Counted from the first letter of the stretch, positions 15,580 to 26,570 are shown. The stretch is DNA of 39,282 bases from an uncultured Christensenella sp. (GCA_948471335.1 CAOKRZ010000001.1:1-39282); one strand, 5' to 3'. A program made the numbers and translations. The notes: generated from the letters alone by a model not told the origin.

Positions 15580-17808
15580 TTGAACGAGAAGAAATCTAAA
15601 TTTAAATTTTCATACCTTTTGATTCTGATACTTGTTGTACTCTTGTTTGTTCTCATTTTCACAAATGACGGCAATCCAGGTGTGCTTTTGAAAAATCCGG
15701 AATATGAAGTGATGCAGCTTGCAGACGGAAATTATAAGCCAACTGAAGACAGCGAAAGTCAGGAAATGGTTGCATTTTATTACAAAGACGGCAAAGCTTA
15801 CATTCTTATCAAAGGCTCAAAATTTGATAAAGCTTTTCCAAAATATGCTGACTATTATTTCACATATGACTCAAGTGACGGCTTGATCGAAAGAATCACT
15901 GAAAAACTTGGGGCAGATGAAAAATACTCTGATATTGTAATTCACCGAGAGCCAAGCGGAGTTAACGTTTGGAACATTGTTTATCCAATTCTATATCTTG
16001 CATTTGGAATATTTATAATCGTCATGATTTTCAAACTTATTGCAGGCTCAAACAAAGGCGCAATGAATTTTGGCAAATCAAGAGCAAAAGCTTACACTTC
16101 ACACAAAGTTAAGTTCTCTGACGTTGCAGGCACTGAGGAAGAAAAGGAAGAACTTGCTGAGATTGTTGAGTTTCTTAAAAATCCAGGGAAGTTCACCGCG
16201 CTTGGCGCAAGAATTCCAAAAGGGGTGCTTCTTGTTGGAAGACCGGGTACTGGAAAAACTCTTCTTGCCAAAGCAGTTGCAGGTGAAGCAAATGTGCCAT
16301 TCATTTCAATAAGCGGATCTGACTTCGTTGAAATGTTTGTTGGTGTGGGCGCTTCACGTGTGAGAGATCTTTTTGACCAAGCAAAGAAAAACAAACCTTG
16401 CATTGTGTTTATTGACGAAATTGACGCGGTAGGCAGACAACGTGGCGCAGGACTTGGCGGCGGAAATGACGAACGCGAGCAAACACTCAACCAACTTCTT
16501 GTTGAAATGGACGGCTTTGAAAGCAATGAAGGGATCATTGTTCTTGCAGCAACAAACAGAAGTGACGTTCTTGACCCAGCACTTATGCGTCCAGGCAGAT
16601 TTGATCGACAAATCTATGTGAACGCCCCTGACGTGAAGGGCAGAGAGGCAATCTTGAAAGTTCATGCAAGAAATAAACCAATTGATGAAAGCGTTGACTT
16701 TGCAACTCTTGCAAAGATAACTGTTGGCTTCACTGGTGCTGATATTGAAAATATGCTTAATGAAGCGGCAATACTTGCAGCGAGGGCAAACAGACCAAAG
16801 ATCATTATGTCTGATATCACTGAAGGCATAAACAAAGTGACAATGGGTCCACAAAAGAAAAGCAGACTTGTCACTGAAAAGGACAGAAAAATCACTGCTT
16901 ATCACGAATCTGGTCACGCAATTCTTGGCAAACTTCTCAAAAACTGCGATGAAGTGCAAGAAGTTTCAATCATTCCAAGAGGTCATGCTGGCGGATACAC
17001 AATGACAAGACCAGAAAATGACAATTCATATTATTCATACAATTTCCTTATGGATGACATCGCAATGACAATGGGTGGAAGAATCGCTGAAGAGATTATC
17101 TTCAAAGATATCACATCAGGCGCTTCATCTGACATCTCACAAGCAACAAAAATTGCTCGCTCAATGGTTTATGATTATGGAATGAGCAAACGCCTTGGAT
17201 TTATTTCTCTTGGCACTGATCAACAGCTTTTCATTGGAAGAGACTATCAACAAAAACGCGACTTTTCTGAAAAACTTGCTTCAGAAGCGGATGATGAGAT
17301 CAGAGAAATTTTGGAATTTAACTATAAGCGCGCAAAGAAACTTCTTTCTGACAACGTAAATCTTCTTCACGAAATGAGCAATTTGCTTCTTGAAAAAGAA
17401 ACGATCAATAAAGATGAAATTGATATGCTTATGGAAGGCAAAAAAGCTGACGAAATTGCAAAAATCATGACACAGCGCGAAAAGACTCAAAAAGCAAAAG
17501 AGGAAAAGATCAAAGCTGAGCAAGAACGTCAGGCAAAAATTGCAAGCTATGAAAACAAAGTTAAAGAGGGGCAAAAACTTCTCGCTGAAGGCATAATCAC
17601 AGAGAATGAATATCAAACAATTGTGAATGCTTACAACGAGTTTAGAAAATCTCTTGAAAAAGAAGAAGCTTCAAAAAAAGATGAAGCCGATGAAAAAGAC
17701 AAAGTGAAAAAAGAAGAAAAAATTGAAGAGGCGAAGCCAAAATCTAGAGTTAGAAAAATTGCAAAGCCACTTGATGAAAAACCTAAGAAAAACAAGGAGG
17801 AAGAATAA
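15580..17808 (+). CDS. ftsH: ATP-dependent zinc metalloprotease FtsH, with a long Lys/Glu-rich C-terminal extension
   Basis: 742 aa. The TTG start lies 6 nt after ggagg. It has two TM helices, Walker A GRPGTGKT, the SRH region and the HESGH zinc motif. Confidence 0.95.
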   Translation: MNEKKSKFKFSYLLILILVVLLFVLIFTNDGNPGVLLKNPEYEVMQLADGNYKPTEDSESQEMVAFYYKDGKAYILIKGSKFDKAFPKYADYYFTYDSSDGLIERITEKLGADEKYSDIVIHREPSGVNVWNIVYPILYLAFGIFIIVMIFKLIAGSNKGAMNFGKSRAKAYTSHKVKFSDVAGTEEEKEELAEIVEFLKNPGKFTALGARIPKGVLLVGRPGTGKTLLAKAVAGEANVPFISISGSDFVEMFVGVGASRVRDLFDQAKKNKPCIVFIDEIDAVGRQRGAGLGGGNDEREQTLNQLLVEMDGFESNEGIIVLAATNRSDVLDPALMRPGRFDRQIYVNAPDVKGREAILKVHARNKPIDESVDFATLAKITVGFTGADIENMLNEAAILAARANRPKIIMSDITEGINKVTMGPQKKSRLVTEKDRKITAYHESGHAILGKLLKNCDEVQEVSIIPRGHAGGYTMTRPENDNSYYSYNFLMDDIAMTMGGRIAEEIIFKDITSGASSDISQATKIARSMVYDYGMSKRLGFISLGTDQQLFIGRDYQQKRDFSEKLASEADDEIREILEFNYKRAKKLLSDNVNLLHEMSNLLLEKETINKDEIDMLMEGKKADEIAKIMTQREKTQKAKEEKIKAEQERQAKIASYENKVKEGQKLLAEGIITENEYQTIVNAYNEFRKSLEKEEASKKDEADEKDKVKKEEKIEEAKPKSRVRKIAKPLDEKPKKNKEEE

Positions 17809-18467
17809 TGGAAGAAAAAATTCCTTCAGCACATGAAGCTTATTTAGACAAAAAACTTAAAACTCGCAAAATTTCATTTGCAGTGGTTATGGGTTTTGTG
17901 CTTGCTCTAGCAGTTGTCATTTTGACTTTGGGATGTGTCAAAGTTGACATCAGACCACAGTTTGTGACAGACCCAAGCTATGTGACGATTTTTAAAGATG
18001 GATCATCTCGCATCTTAAACACATCTGATGAAAAATATCAACAATTTGATAAATTATATAAAGATATGTTTGATGTGACCTATCTTTCTGCCATCTTTTC
18101 AGGGCAGCTTGGAGATTATACAATTGTTGAAACTCAAAGTCCATTTTTCACAAGTGCGACAGAAACTGAAAACTATTTTTCAAGTGAAATTTCACAAAAT
18201 CTTGGAAAAAACTTTGTAAAACTTCATTTTTCTGAAACAAAAAACCTTTATAGAGCGAATGGAAATGTTTACACTTCAAAATATGCACCAAATGAAGAAT
18301 TCACTTATCAAGATGTTTACTTTGCTTTAAACGAAGAAAATGTTGTTAAAGATTTCACATTCTTCTTCCCTATGAAAGGAAACATTGGGGGCACCCCAAA
18401 ATCATCTACAATAACAAAGATCACTCTTAGGGCAAACACTTCAAAACTTTATAAAGAGTTTATATAA
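17808..18467 (+). CDS. Hypothetical membrane-anchored protein, translationally coupled to ftsH
   Basis: 219 aa. Its ATG overlaps the ftsH stop codon (taATG). It has one N-terminal TM helix (ISFAVVMGFVLALAVVILTLGCV). I recognise no family. Confidence 0.6.
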   Translation: MEEKIPSAHEAYLDKKLKTRKISFAVVMGFVLALAVVILTLGCVKVDIRPQFVTDPSYVTIFKDGSSRILNTSDEKYQQFDKLYKDMFDVTYLSAIFSGQLGDYTIVETQSPFFTSATETENYFSSEISQNLGKNFVKLHFSETKNLYRANGNVYTSKYAPNEEFTYQDVYFALNEENVVKDFTFFFPMKGNIGGTPKSSTITKITLRANTSKLYKEFI

Positions 18468-18503
18468 AAAAATATATGGATAAAATGTCCATATATTTTT
18501 TTA
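18466..18503. terminator. Bidirectional terminator between convergent genes
   Basis: Stem atatatgga (18472-18480) / tccatatat (18488-18496) with loop taaaatg. An A-run lies upstream and a T-run downstream. Confidence 0.7.
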
Positions 18504-18516
18504 TTCAAATTGTAAA

Positions 18517-20976
18517 TTATTTCGATTGAAGAAGGGCGATGATCTTTTCTCGCAATTTGTCTATCCAACGCTTGTTTGCTCGCAGTAGAAGCATAAGGAT
18601 AATTGAACAGAGCATGATTGTGAAGAAGGTGATAATCAGCGTCGGATTGCACACGGTTACAGCGAAGAAGTCTGGGAAAGCGGCAATTGCGACTGTGATT
18701 GCAACAAAGGAAACAATGATTGTGATGATCTTTATAAGGTTCTTTGAGAAGCACAAGGCAACAAGATTTAAAAATCCTGTATAAGTCAGCACAAGCACCG
18801 CCAGAGTTCGATATTCTTCAAACATCATTGCATCGCCAAGTTTAGAGTTATATAATGCCATCACGACAAGCACATTGATAAGCATCAGAAGCGCTCGCGG
18901 CAAAGCTCGTTTCATGACTTGAGGGATAAAGTTTCCTTGAATTTGATTGTTGTTTGGAATGAACGTCAATATAAACGATGGAATTCCAATTACGAACGCT
19001 TCAAGAAGAAGCATGTGTGAAGGTTCAAATGGATATGATTTTCTCATAATCAGTGTGATGACTGTCAACACGATTGCAAAAAATGTTTTCATAAGGAAGA
19101 GGGAAGAGGAGTTTTGAACATTGTTTATGACCTGTCTTCCTTCCTTAACAACTGCAGGAAGAGAGGAGAAGTTGCTTTCAAGAAGAACAAGTTTTGATAT
19201 GCTTCTTGCGACTTCGCTTCCGTCAGCCATTGCAATTGAGCAGTCAGCTTCCTTTAAAGCAAGTGTGTCATTGACGCCATCGCCTGTCATTGCAACCACT
19301 TTGCCTTTGTTTTTAAGTGCTTTGACTATTGTATATTTCTGTTCAGGGGTTACTCGGCCAAAAACTGTGAATTGGTCAGCCATTTGTTCAACTTCTTTGA
19401 GAGAAGTGTTTTCAAGTGAGACAAACTTATCGCTGTTTTCTACTCCCACTCTTTGCGCAATTTTTGAAACTGTCGCAGGGTCGTCACCAGAAATAATCTT
19501 GATTTCAACGCCATTGTCTTTGAACCATTGAATAGTCTCAATTGCGTCTTGCCTTATTGTTTCTTCGATTATAATGAATGCAATCGCAGTTGAACTTGCT
19601 CCGCTTATTTTTTTGTCAAACGCGCATGAGCTTTCTGCAAAACATAAAACTCTGTAGCCTTTGTTTTGTTGTGCTGCGATAAATTCTTGCTGCTCTTGCG
19701 TAAGTTTGCATCCAATTCTTGTTGTTGCACCAAGGAAATAACATTTTTTGTTGCTAAGCTGGGTTACTGAATATTTCCTTTCAGAAGAAAATTCCATAAC
19801 ATTAAGGGCTTTCATTTCGCCCTTGCGGCCAAACTCTTTGATGAGTGCGTTTGATGTTGCATTGACTGATTTTTGGCTGTTAAGCACGCTTGACAGCATT
19901 TTCATCACAGTGGCTTTTCTTTGTTTTCCATATGTCACAAAGTCGACAACATTCATTGTTCCGTCAGTTATTGTGCCTGTCTTGTCAAGGCAAAGGACAT
20001 TTGTCCTTGCAAGCATTTCAATTGAGTATAAGTCTTTGACCAATGTCTTTTTTCTTGAGAGTTTAACGACGCCAGCGGCAAGCGAGATTGTGACAAGCAG
20101 AAACATTCCTGCAGGGATCATGCTTGTCAAAGCTCCACTTGTTTTTGTGATGATCGATTCAATTGTATTTGATGGAATTGTAAGTTCTTTCAAAAATGTA
20201 AGCACGCCGATTGGGACAAGGGCAATGCCGATGTATTTGATGAGTCTGTTGAGGTCTTTAAATAGGTTTGATGAAGGGGCTTTAAATTCTTTCGCCCTTT
20301 CTGCCATTTGATAGATATAATTTTCTTTTCCAATTTTGTCAACCCTTGCTTTGCAAGTGCCGGCGACAATGAAACTTCCTGAAAGCAGTGGCATGTCGAC
20401 GCCTCTTTCGATGGCGTTTGATTCGCCAGTCAAAAGGCTTTCGTTGACTTCAACTTTCCCTTCGACAATGACACAGTCGGCAGGGATTTGATTTCCGTTT
20501 GTGAGGATTATGATGTCATCAAGCGCAAGCTTTTCAGAAGGGATATCAACAACCTTTCCGCTTCTTATCGTTTTAACGTGAGGCGTTGTAACTATTGAAA
20601 GTTTTTCAACCGTTATTTTTGCCCTTATTTCCTGAATGATTGCAATTGCAGTGTTTGCAACAATAACAAAAACGAAAGTCAGGTTGTTGTAAGAGCCTAC
20701 AACAAGTAGGGCAACGGCTATGATAAGCCAGATAAGGTTGAAGAAGGTGCAGATGTTTTTAACAAAAATTGAAAGATATGATTTTGAGTTTTTGATTTTT
20801 GAAGTGTTTAAAAGCATTGATGAGGTGCGTTCAGCAACCTGTTGTTCGTTTAAGCCTTCGTTTATGTCAGGGCTGTAACGCTCAATTTGCTTTGCGTCAA
20901 CTTTCTCATCAATTTTTTCTCTTTTTTTCTTGAAAAATCCGATTTTTTCTTTCTTTTCTTCTTTGACCTTTTTCAT
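18517..20976 (-). CDS. Cation-translocating P-type ATPase (P2-like; substrate not assignable)
   Basis: 819 aa with TGES, the phosphorylation motif DKTGTIT, the hinge TGDGVNDTLALKEAD, and multiple TM segments at both ends. Confidence 0.9.
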   Translation of the reverse strand: MKKVKEEKKEKIGFFKKKREKIDEKVDAKQIERYSPDINEGLNEQQVAERTSSMLLNTSKIKNSKSYLSIFVKNICTFFNLIWLIIAVALLVVGSYNNLTFVFVIVANTAIAIIQEIRAKITVEKLSIVTTPHVKTIRSGKVVDIPSEKLALDDIIILTNGNQIPADCVIVEGKVEVNESLLTGESNAIERGVDMPLLSGSFIVAGTCKARVDKIGKENYIYQMAERAKEFKAPSSNLFKDLNRLIKYIGIALVPIGVLTFLKELTIPSNTIESIITKTSGALTSMIPAGMFLLVTISLAAGVVKLSRKKTLVKDLYSIEMLARTNVLCLDKTGTITDGTMNVVDFVTYGKQRKATVMKMLSSVLNSQKSVNATSNALIKEFGRKGEMKALNVMEFSSERKYSVTQLSNKKCYFLGATTRIGCKLTQEQQEFIAAQQNKGYRVLCFAESSCAFDKKISGASSTAIAFIIIEETIRQDAIETIQWFKDNGVEIKIISGDDPATVSKIAQRVGVENSDKFVSLENTSLKEVEQMADQFTVFGRVTPEQKYTIVKALKNKGKVVAMTGDGVNDTLALKEADCSIAMADGSEVARSISKLVLLESNFSSLPAVVKEGRQVINNVQNSSSLFLMKTFFAIVLTVITLIMRKSYPFEPSHMLLLEAFVIGIPSFILTFIPNNNQIQGNFIPQVMKRALPRALLMLINVLVVMALYNSKLGDAMMFEEYRTLAVLVLTYTGFLNLVALCFSKNLIKIITIIVSFVAITVAIAAFPDFFAVTVCNPTLIITFFTIMLCSIILMLLLRANKRWIDKLREKIIALLQSK

Positions 20977-21011
20977 ATGCTTTTTATATAATTATCATTA
21001 TACTACAATAG

Positions 21012-21041
21012 ATTATATCTAAAATTGCTTGCAATTGTCAA
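21012..21041 (-). promoter_or_regulatory. Candidate sigma-A promoter of the P-type ATPase gene
   Basis: The minus strand reads TTGACA (21036-21041), an 18-nt spacer, then TATAAT (21012-21017). Confidence 0.55.
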
Positions 21042-21108
21042 ATCCTTCTTCAATAAAGTTGACTTTATTTGTCAAAATGACTATTCTATATCTATCGGAG
21101 GCTCAAAA

Positions 21109-22344
21109 ATGCTTATAAACATTTCTGACAACTTGATCAAACTCGCTTCTCATTTTCCGTGCGAACTTTATCTCGTCGGCGGAAGTGTGAGAAACGCGCT
21201 TCTTGGAATTAAACAAGACGATTTTGACATTTGCAGCAGGATCACTCCTGAAAAGCTTGTTTCGCTTTTAAAAAACACAGATTTCAAAGTGAAGGTTAAA
21301 AATAAAAGTTTGGGCTTTTGCACCATTTCTATTGGTGAAGAAACCTTTGAATATGTCACTTTAAGACGTGATGTCTATGCAGAAGGTGGCAACCATCAGC
21401 CAGAAAGGGTTGAGTTTGTTGACAATGTGCAAGAGGATGCTGCAAGAAGAGATTTTACTTGCAATGCAATTTATTATGACATCAAAAATGACAAACTTAT
21501 CGATTTTTATGGTGGAATTGATGACATCAAACACAAGGTGCTTAGATGCATTGAAAACGCGGATATGGTTTTATCGCATGATGGCGTTAGAATTTTGCGA
21601 CTTTTCCGTCTTGCTTGTGAGCTTGGCTTTAAAATAGAAAAAGAAACGCTTGCTGCAGCAGTGAAATATTCTGGAAATATTCGTGACCTTTCGGGCGAGA
21701 GGATAATCAGGGAGATAACTCTTATTTTGCACAGTGGCAAAAGGTATGAAGGTTATTCAAAACCTCAGGCGTATATGACCGCGCTCAAACTTTTCAACAA
21801 ATATTCTCTTTGGCCAGCGCTTGGAATGGATGTCCAAAAAATCAAACTTAAAATGGTGAAAAAAGTTGAGCATAAATCGCAAGGTCTTCTTATAGATCTC
21901 GTTGATACAGCAAAGCCAATCAGCATTTCATACTATCTCAATCTTGTTCTCTCAAACATGGGGATGAGCAGCAAAATGGCAAACAACATAATCAATATCT
22001 TGTCGGGATACTATGACGCGCTCAACAACCTTGACAACAAAAACTATTTCTTCAAATATTTTGATAATTTTCCTTCGATATATATGCTTTTGTCGCACAA
22101 GTCAAAATATCTAGCACTTAAATATCAGTTTTTCTATAAATACATCATCAATCACAAACTTGTCATAAGCGTGAAAGAATTGAAAATATCAGGGGATGAT
22201 ATTGCTAAGGCTTATCCAAAAGTTAATCCAAAAAGATATAAGCCAATTCTTGACAGTCTTTTAAGTGATGTGTTTGACTGCAAGGTTGAAAACGAAAAGC
22301 AGCAACTTATTGAAGCAGTTGAACAAAAACTTAAATATTTATAA
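21109..22344 (+). CDS. cca: CCA-adding enzyme / tRNA nucleotidyltransferase (poly(A) polymerase family)
   Basis: I take the start at ATG 21109, 7 nt after ggagg, rather than the upstream TTG at 21025. Motifs are GGSVRNALLG...DFDI and RRDFTCNAIYYD. Confidence 0.8.
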   Translation: MLINISDNLIKLASHFPCELYLVGGSVRNALLGIKQDDFDICSRITPEKLVSLLKNTDFKVKVKNKSLGFCTISIGEETFEYVTLRRDVYAEGGNHQPERVEFVDNVQEDAARRDFTCNAIYYDIKNDKLIDFYGGIDDIKHKVLRCIENADMVLSHDGVRILRLFRLACELGFKIEKETLAAAVKYSGNIRDLSGERIIREITLILHSGKRYEGYSKPQAYMTALKLFNKYSLWPALGMDVQKIKLKMVKKVEHKSQGLLIDLVDTAKPISISYYLNLVLSNMGMSSKMANNIINILSGYYDALNNLDNKNYFFKYFDNFPSIYMLLSHKSKYLALKYQFFYKYIINHKLVISVKELKISGDDIAKAYPKVNPKRYKPILDSLLSDVFDCKVENEKQQLIEAVEQKLKYL

Positions 22345-22348
22345 AATT

Positions 22349-22378
22349 ACAGACTTTTAAAGTCTGTTTTTTTCTTTT
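22349..22378 (+). terminator. Rho-independent terminator after cca
   Basis: Stem acagactt (22349-22356) / aagtctgt (22360-22367), followed by tttttttcttttt. Confidence 0.65.
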
Positions 22379-22435
22379 TGAATTTTTGTGATAATTTGTA
22401 TAAAAATACTTCATACTAAGTCTAGAGGAAAGACT

Positions 22436-23965
22436 ATGAAGGAAAAAAAGAAAGAGAAAAAGAAAAAAGGCTCGCTTATCTGGCTTATGTCAGTGGCTTT
22501 TTTGACAGTGGCGTTACTCTTATTTTGTCAATTTTTTTATGGCGACAGCTTGACAGACAATTCGGTTTTTTATGAAAACACAGAGATAAATGGCGTCAAT
22601 GTATCGGGAATGAACAAGGCAGAAGCAACAGTCGCAGTTCAAGACAAAATGCTGTCAAACAAAGATAGCATCGCGTTAACACTCACAGACGGAGAAAAGG
22701 AGTGGGTGATAAGCGGTGGAGATTTTGAAGTGAAAGGTGACATCGAAAATGAAATTGCTACGCTTATGAGTTATGGCAGAAAAGGAAACATTTTTCACAA
22801 GAAAAAAATTGCTAATTCAATCAAAAAGAATGGTTTGCAGGCGCACATATCCTACAAAAAGATCTTGGGTGGGGTGGAAGAAAAAATCGATAATATAATA
22901 AACGAAGTTGAAAAAGACGCTGTGCTTTCAACCATCAATTTTGACCCTGATGCAAAAAAAATGTTCACACTTTCTGATAAACAAAATGGAATGGTTGTTG
23001 ATAGGGATGAACTTGCTTTAAGAATTGACGAAAGTCTTGAAAATGACCTTGAAAGCATTGTTGAAATACCTTTTGTTGAAGTCGTTCCAGATAGCGATAT
23101 GGAAGAGCTTATCGAAAAGATTGGGCTTCGCGCAAGTTTCTCAACCAATTATGCCTCTTCTTCAGCTGATCGTAAGGCAAACGTAAAAAAAGCGCTCTCT
23201 GCTTTTAATGGAATGGTTGTAGAGCCAGGAGAGACGATCTCTTTCAATAAAACAACTGGTTCAAGAACTGTTGAGAACGGATATAAAAAAGCAAATATAA
23301 TTGTTGGCGGTGTATATGTTTCTGGCGCTGGCGGTGGGGTATGTCAAGCTTCAACAACACTTTATAACGCCCTTCTTTTATCTGATATTGAAATCTTGGA
23401 AGTCAATCATCATTCTCTCCCTGCCAGCTATGTGCCACTTTCTTTTGACGCGATGGTCAGTGAGGGGTATTCTGACCTTGTGTTTAAAAACAATCTTAAT
23501 AGTGCGATTTTCATTAAAGCCTACGGAGATGAAACTGATGCGCACGTTGAAATTTATGGCATGCCTGTTGATGACGGTGTGACAATCAGGACGCGGGCTG
23601 AACTTGTCAAGGTGCTTGGGCATAGTGGCGACAAAATTGTGCCTGACACAAATGGAGAATATTCAAACTTTGTTTTGTATAAAGGTGAATATCACCGCGT
23701 GAAATATCCTCGTGAAGGATATGAGACAAAGGGCTATGTGCAGTACGTCAAGGACGGGGAGGTTATTGAAGAAAAACTTGTCCGCCACGATCATTACATG
23801 CCGCAAGGTGGAGTTATTGTTGAAGGCACGGAAAGCCTTGGAGAAGGAATGGCTCTTCCTGCAACCAATGTCAATTTCATTCCACCTCAAAAGGTGACAA
23901 ATCAAACAACAGAAAGCGTGAAAAATAAACTTGAAAAAACAAACCCAAGCGCATACAATCCATAA
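22436..23965 (+). CDS. VanW-family (YoaR-like) protein with N-terminal membrane anchor
   Basis: I take the start at ATG 22436 (MKEKKKEKKKKGSLIWLMSVAFLTVALLLF) after gaggaaag. The VanW core is GGGVCQASTTLYNALLLSDIEILEVNHHS...YVPLSFDAMV. Confidence 0.85.
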   Translation: MKEKKKEKKKKGSLIWLMSVAFLTVALLLFCQFFYGDSLTDNSVFYENTEINGVNVSGMNKAEATVAVQDKMLSNKDSIALTLTDGEKEWVISGGDFEVKGDIENEIATLMSYGRKGNIFHKKKIANSIKKNGLQAHISYKKILGGVEEKIDNIINEVEKDAVLSTINFDPDAKKMFTLSDKQNGMVVDRDELALRIDESLENDLESIVEIPFVEVVPDSDMEELIEKIGLRASFSTNYASSSADRKANVKKALSAFNGMVVEPGETISFNKTTGSRTVENGYKKANIIVGGVYVSGAGGGVCQASTTLYNALLLSDIEILEVNHHSLPASYVPLSFDAMVSEGYSDLVFKNNLNSAIFIKAYGDETDAHVEIYGMPVDDGVTIRTRAELVKVLGHSGDKIVPDTNGEYSNFVLYKGEYHRVKYPREGYETKGYVQYVKDGEVIEEKLVRHDHYMPQGGVIVEGTESLGEGMALPATNVNFIPPQKVTNQTTESVKNKLEKTNPSAYNP

Positions 23966-23969
23966 GTGC

Positions 23970-24019
23970 GAGGCAATCCATTTCGCTGTCACAGGGAGCA
24001 AATGGCTTGCCTCTTTTTT
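23970..24019 (+). terminator. Rho-independent terminator after the VanW gene
   Basis: A long hairpin with outer stem gaggcaa (23970-23976) / ttgcctc (24007-24013) and an inner stem ccattt.gct/agc.aaatgg. It is followed by tttttt. Confidence 0.7.
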
Positions 24020-24096
24020 ATAAAAATCAAATTTTGTCGTTTTTTTGAATGCATTTCAAGATATTATGTTATAATGAATGGCGATAGGAGAATGCT

Positions 24097-25297
24097 GTGA
24101 AAAGATATTTTTCAATTTCATTGTCAACTTTTTTATTTCAGCTTTAAACGTGGTGGCATATTTGCTTTTGGGCATTATAACAAAAAACACTGCGTTTTCT
24201 GAAATTTTTTCTGTGACTTACGCGTTCAATTTGTTGTTGTAATTCTTTTATGCTTTTTCAGCTCTGCTTCGTGTATCAGGGCAAATAAAGAGTATAATAA
24301 AAATTGTGTTGATACTGGCATCATCTTAGGCTTAATTGCAGGTGCTGCCGTTTTTGCGACTGTGATGGCATGCGTTGATCATTATATAAGATTTATGAAT
24401 TTGTCGCCAGAGATTTAGCGAAACTTTACATTAATGTCAATGGGACAGATCTTCTTCTCTTTTGTCATTCCTATGCTGACAGAAAAAATGTATTTCAAAG
24501 ATAAAAACTTGAAGGCAAACTTGTGTAAAGTTGGTTTTATTGTTCTAAGCCTTTTGACGGTTGTGATAACAGCGCTTATAACAAAAAATCAAATTATTAT
24601 TGTTTTAGTCAATTTGATTTCACTGTTTGTTTATTGTGCTGTTTGGTTTGGTTATACTATAAAAAAATTCAAGTTTGATTTCACCATTCTGAAAAACTTC
24701 AAATATGAATCTTCTGATATATTAAGTCAAACGCTTATGTTTATCATATATCTAATTGGCTACCGTCGCGCGTTCAGTTTTGGTGCGGAGTATGTCGTTG
24801 CGCTCAATTTTGTCAATCTTGTTATTGATCCGCAATGGGATGCATTGGGTGAAATCAAAACTATTGCGAAAATTGATATTTCAAACTCTGAATATAACTA
24901 TCGAAAAGCATTAAAAAATTCGTGCATTGTTAATATGTTTTACATGGGCACAAGTTTAATTCTGTTTTTCTCATTGTTTAAAGCTTATCATGTTGTTTTG
25001 ACATTATGTCTGATATACCTTGCATTTCAATTTTTTGACATGTTTGTTTTAAGCTTCGTTTATTCAAATTTAAAGGCTTTTATGCAATTGGAATTTTCGC
25101 CAACAAGATGCACGATAATAAATCTTTTAAATCATGTAATAAGAACAATTTTGTCGATCGCAATTCTGCATCCTTTCAACACAAATATCGGACAGGTAGT
25201 TTGCGGAACTGTTACTTTGCCAATTTTATTATACTTTCGGTTTAAATATTTCAAACTCAATCCTGACGGTGTTTTGGTTCCCAAAAGAAAGAAGTGA
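24097..25297 (+). pseudogene. Decayed polytopic membrane protein gene (MOP superfamily, MATE/Wzx-like)
   Basis: An extended -10 promoter (tgtTATAAT near 24068-24076) and RBS aggaga precede GTG 24097. The reading frame then changes twice (frame 1 to a stop at 24145, frame 3 to a stop at 24241, then frame 2). An in-frame TAG at 24416-24418 precedes the intact 287-aa distal ORF (24434-25297). All pieces translate as hydrophobic membrane-like sequence. Confidence 0.45.
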
Positions 25298-25401
25298 CTG
25301 TAGAGAAAGAAAATAACGATCCAAAGCTTATATAAATTTTGCTTTAAAGAGAATTGACAATTCTTGCATTTTTTCAGCAAAGCTCAAACATAATAAATAT
25401 T

Positions 25402-26145
25402 ATGAAGAAAAAAGCTGAGCAAAATGAAGTTAAAGTGCTTTCAAAAAAGAAAAAGGTTTTAAGAAGCTTTCTAGTCTTTTTTGCTATTGCTTTGGTTTTG
25501 GGGGCGATCTTTCTTGTGCTTGTTCTCACAGGGCTTTGGGAAGAACTAAATTCTGTCTCAAAACTTAAAGATCTCATTCTTGGTCTTGGCTTTTGGGGGA
25601 GATTTGTCTTTGTTGTCTTGCAGTTTTTGCAGGTGACTTTTATTCCAATTCCGTCGCCAATTCTTATCATTGCAGGTTCGATCATTTTCGGACCTTTTCA
25701 GGCAAGTCTTCTTTCATTTGGAGGGATCTTGCTTGGCAGCGCTGTTGCCTTTTTCCTGGGCAGGGTTTTTGGACGAAAACTTGTCGCCTTTATGGTTGGG
25801 GAAGAGAGCGCGAAAAAGTGGACGAAAACTTTGAGTCATGGCAAGTTTTCCTTCGCTGTGATGATGCTTCTTCCATTCTTTCCTGATGATATACTTTGCC
25901 TTGTTGCAGGGCTTACAAACATGAGTTGGGGCTTTTTTATGGCAGTGCAATTTATTGCAAGACCAATTGGCATTTTGACGACAGCATATTTTTCAAGCGG
26001 AGAGCTGATTCCATATCACGGCTGGGGACTTATCGTTTGGGCAGTTATCATTGTCGCTGCTTTTGCAGTCATTTATCTTTCAACAAAGTATAGCGAGCAG
26101 ATTGAAAACTATCTCAATAAACTTTTCAAAAAACAAAAAAACTAG
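25402..26145 (+). CDS. TVP38/TMEM64 (DedA-superfamily, YdjX-like) membrane protein
   Basis: I take the start at ATG 25402 (MKKKAEQNEV...). The conserved core is FVVLQFLQVTFIPIPSPILIIAGSIIFGP...LLPFFPDDILCLVAGLT. There is no SD. A CATAAT hexamer ends 7 nt before the ATG. Confidence 0.8.
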   Translation: MKKKAEQNEVKVLSKKKKVLRSFLVFFAIALVLGAIFLVLVLTGLWEELNSVSKLKDLILGLGFWGRFVFVVLQFLQVTFIPIPSPILIIAGSIIFGPFQASLLSFGGILLGSAVAFFLGRVFGRKLVAFMVGEESAKKWTKTLSHGKFSFAVMMLLPFFPDDILCLVAGLTNMSWGFFMAVQFIARPIGILTTAYFSSGELIPYHGWGLIVWAVIIVAAFAVIYLSTKYSEQIENYLNKLFKKQKN

Positions 26146-26165
26146 GCTCTGCTTTAAGCTTAGTT

Positions 26166-26564
26166 TTAATCTAAATATAATGTTTTAAGTGAGTAAGTCA
26201 TTTCTTTTTCAAACGCTTTCAAAATGAAAGGAATGTTTTGCTGCTTGGGAGAGTATTGGCAGTCCATAGCCAGGTCAAAGAAATAGCTTTCGCTATACTC
26301 TGTGCCATTTGCAATTTTGCAAAAAGTTTTAATTAAAAGGTTGATGCTTTTTTTGCTTAATGGAACTACATCGCAAGCAAATTTCGATATATATTGTAGG
26401 TTGGAGGTTTCGCATAATACTACAGCTAGTGCGTCAAAACAATTTTCCGCAACCTTTCCTTCCTTTATAAGATCAAGCGAATATGAATAAATTTCTTTTG
26501 CAAGTGCAGTTAAATCAGCGCCTTTCTTTTGTGATTCTTTCTTGAAATATTCTATCTTTTCCAT
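26166..26564 (-). CDS. Hypothetical cytoplasmic protein
   Basis: 132-aa ORF with no recognisable family. A consensus-like promoter sits immediately upstream and there is no SD. Confidence 0.55.
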   Translation of the reverse strand: MEKIEYFKKESQKKGADLTALAKEIYSYSLDLIKEGKVAENCFDALAVVLCETSNLQYISKFACDVVPLSKKSINLLIKTFCKIANGTEYSESYFFDLAMDCQYSPKQQNIPFILKAFEKEMTYSLKTLYLD

Positions 26565-26570
26565 ATAAAA

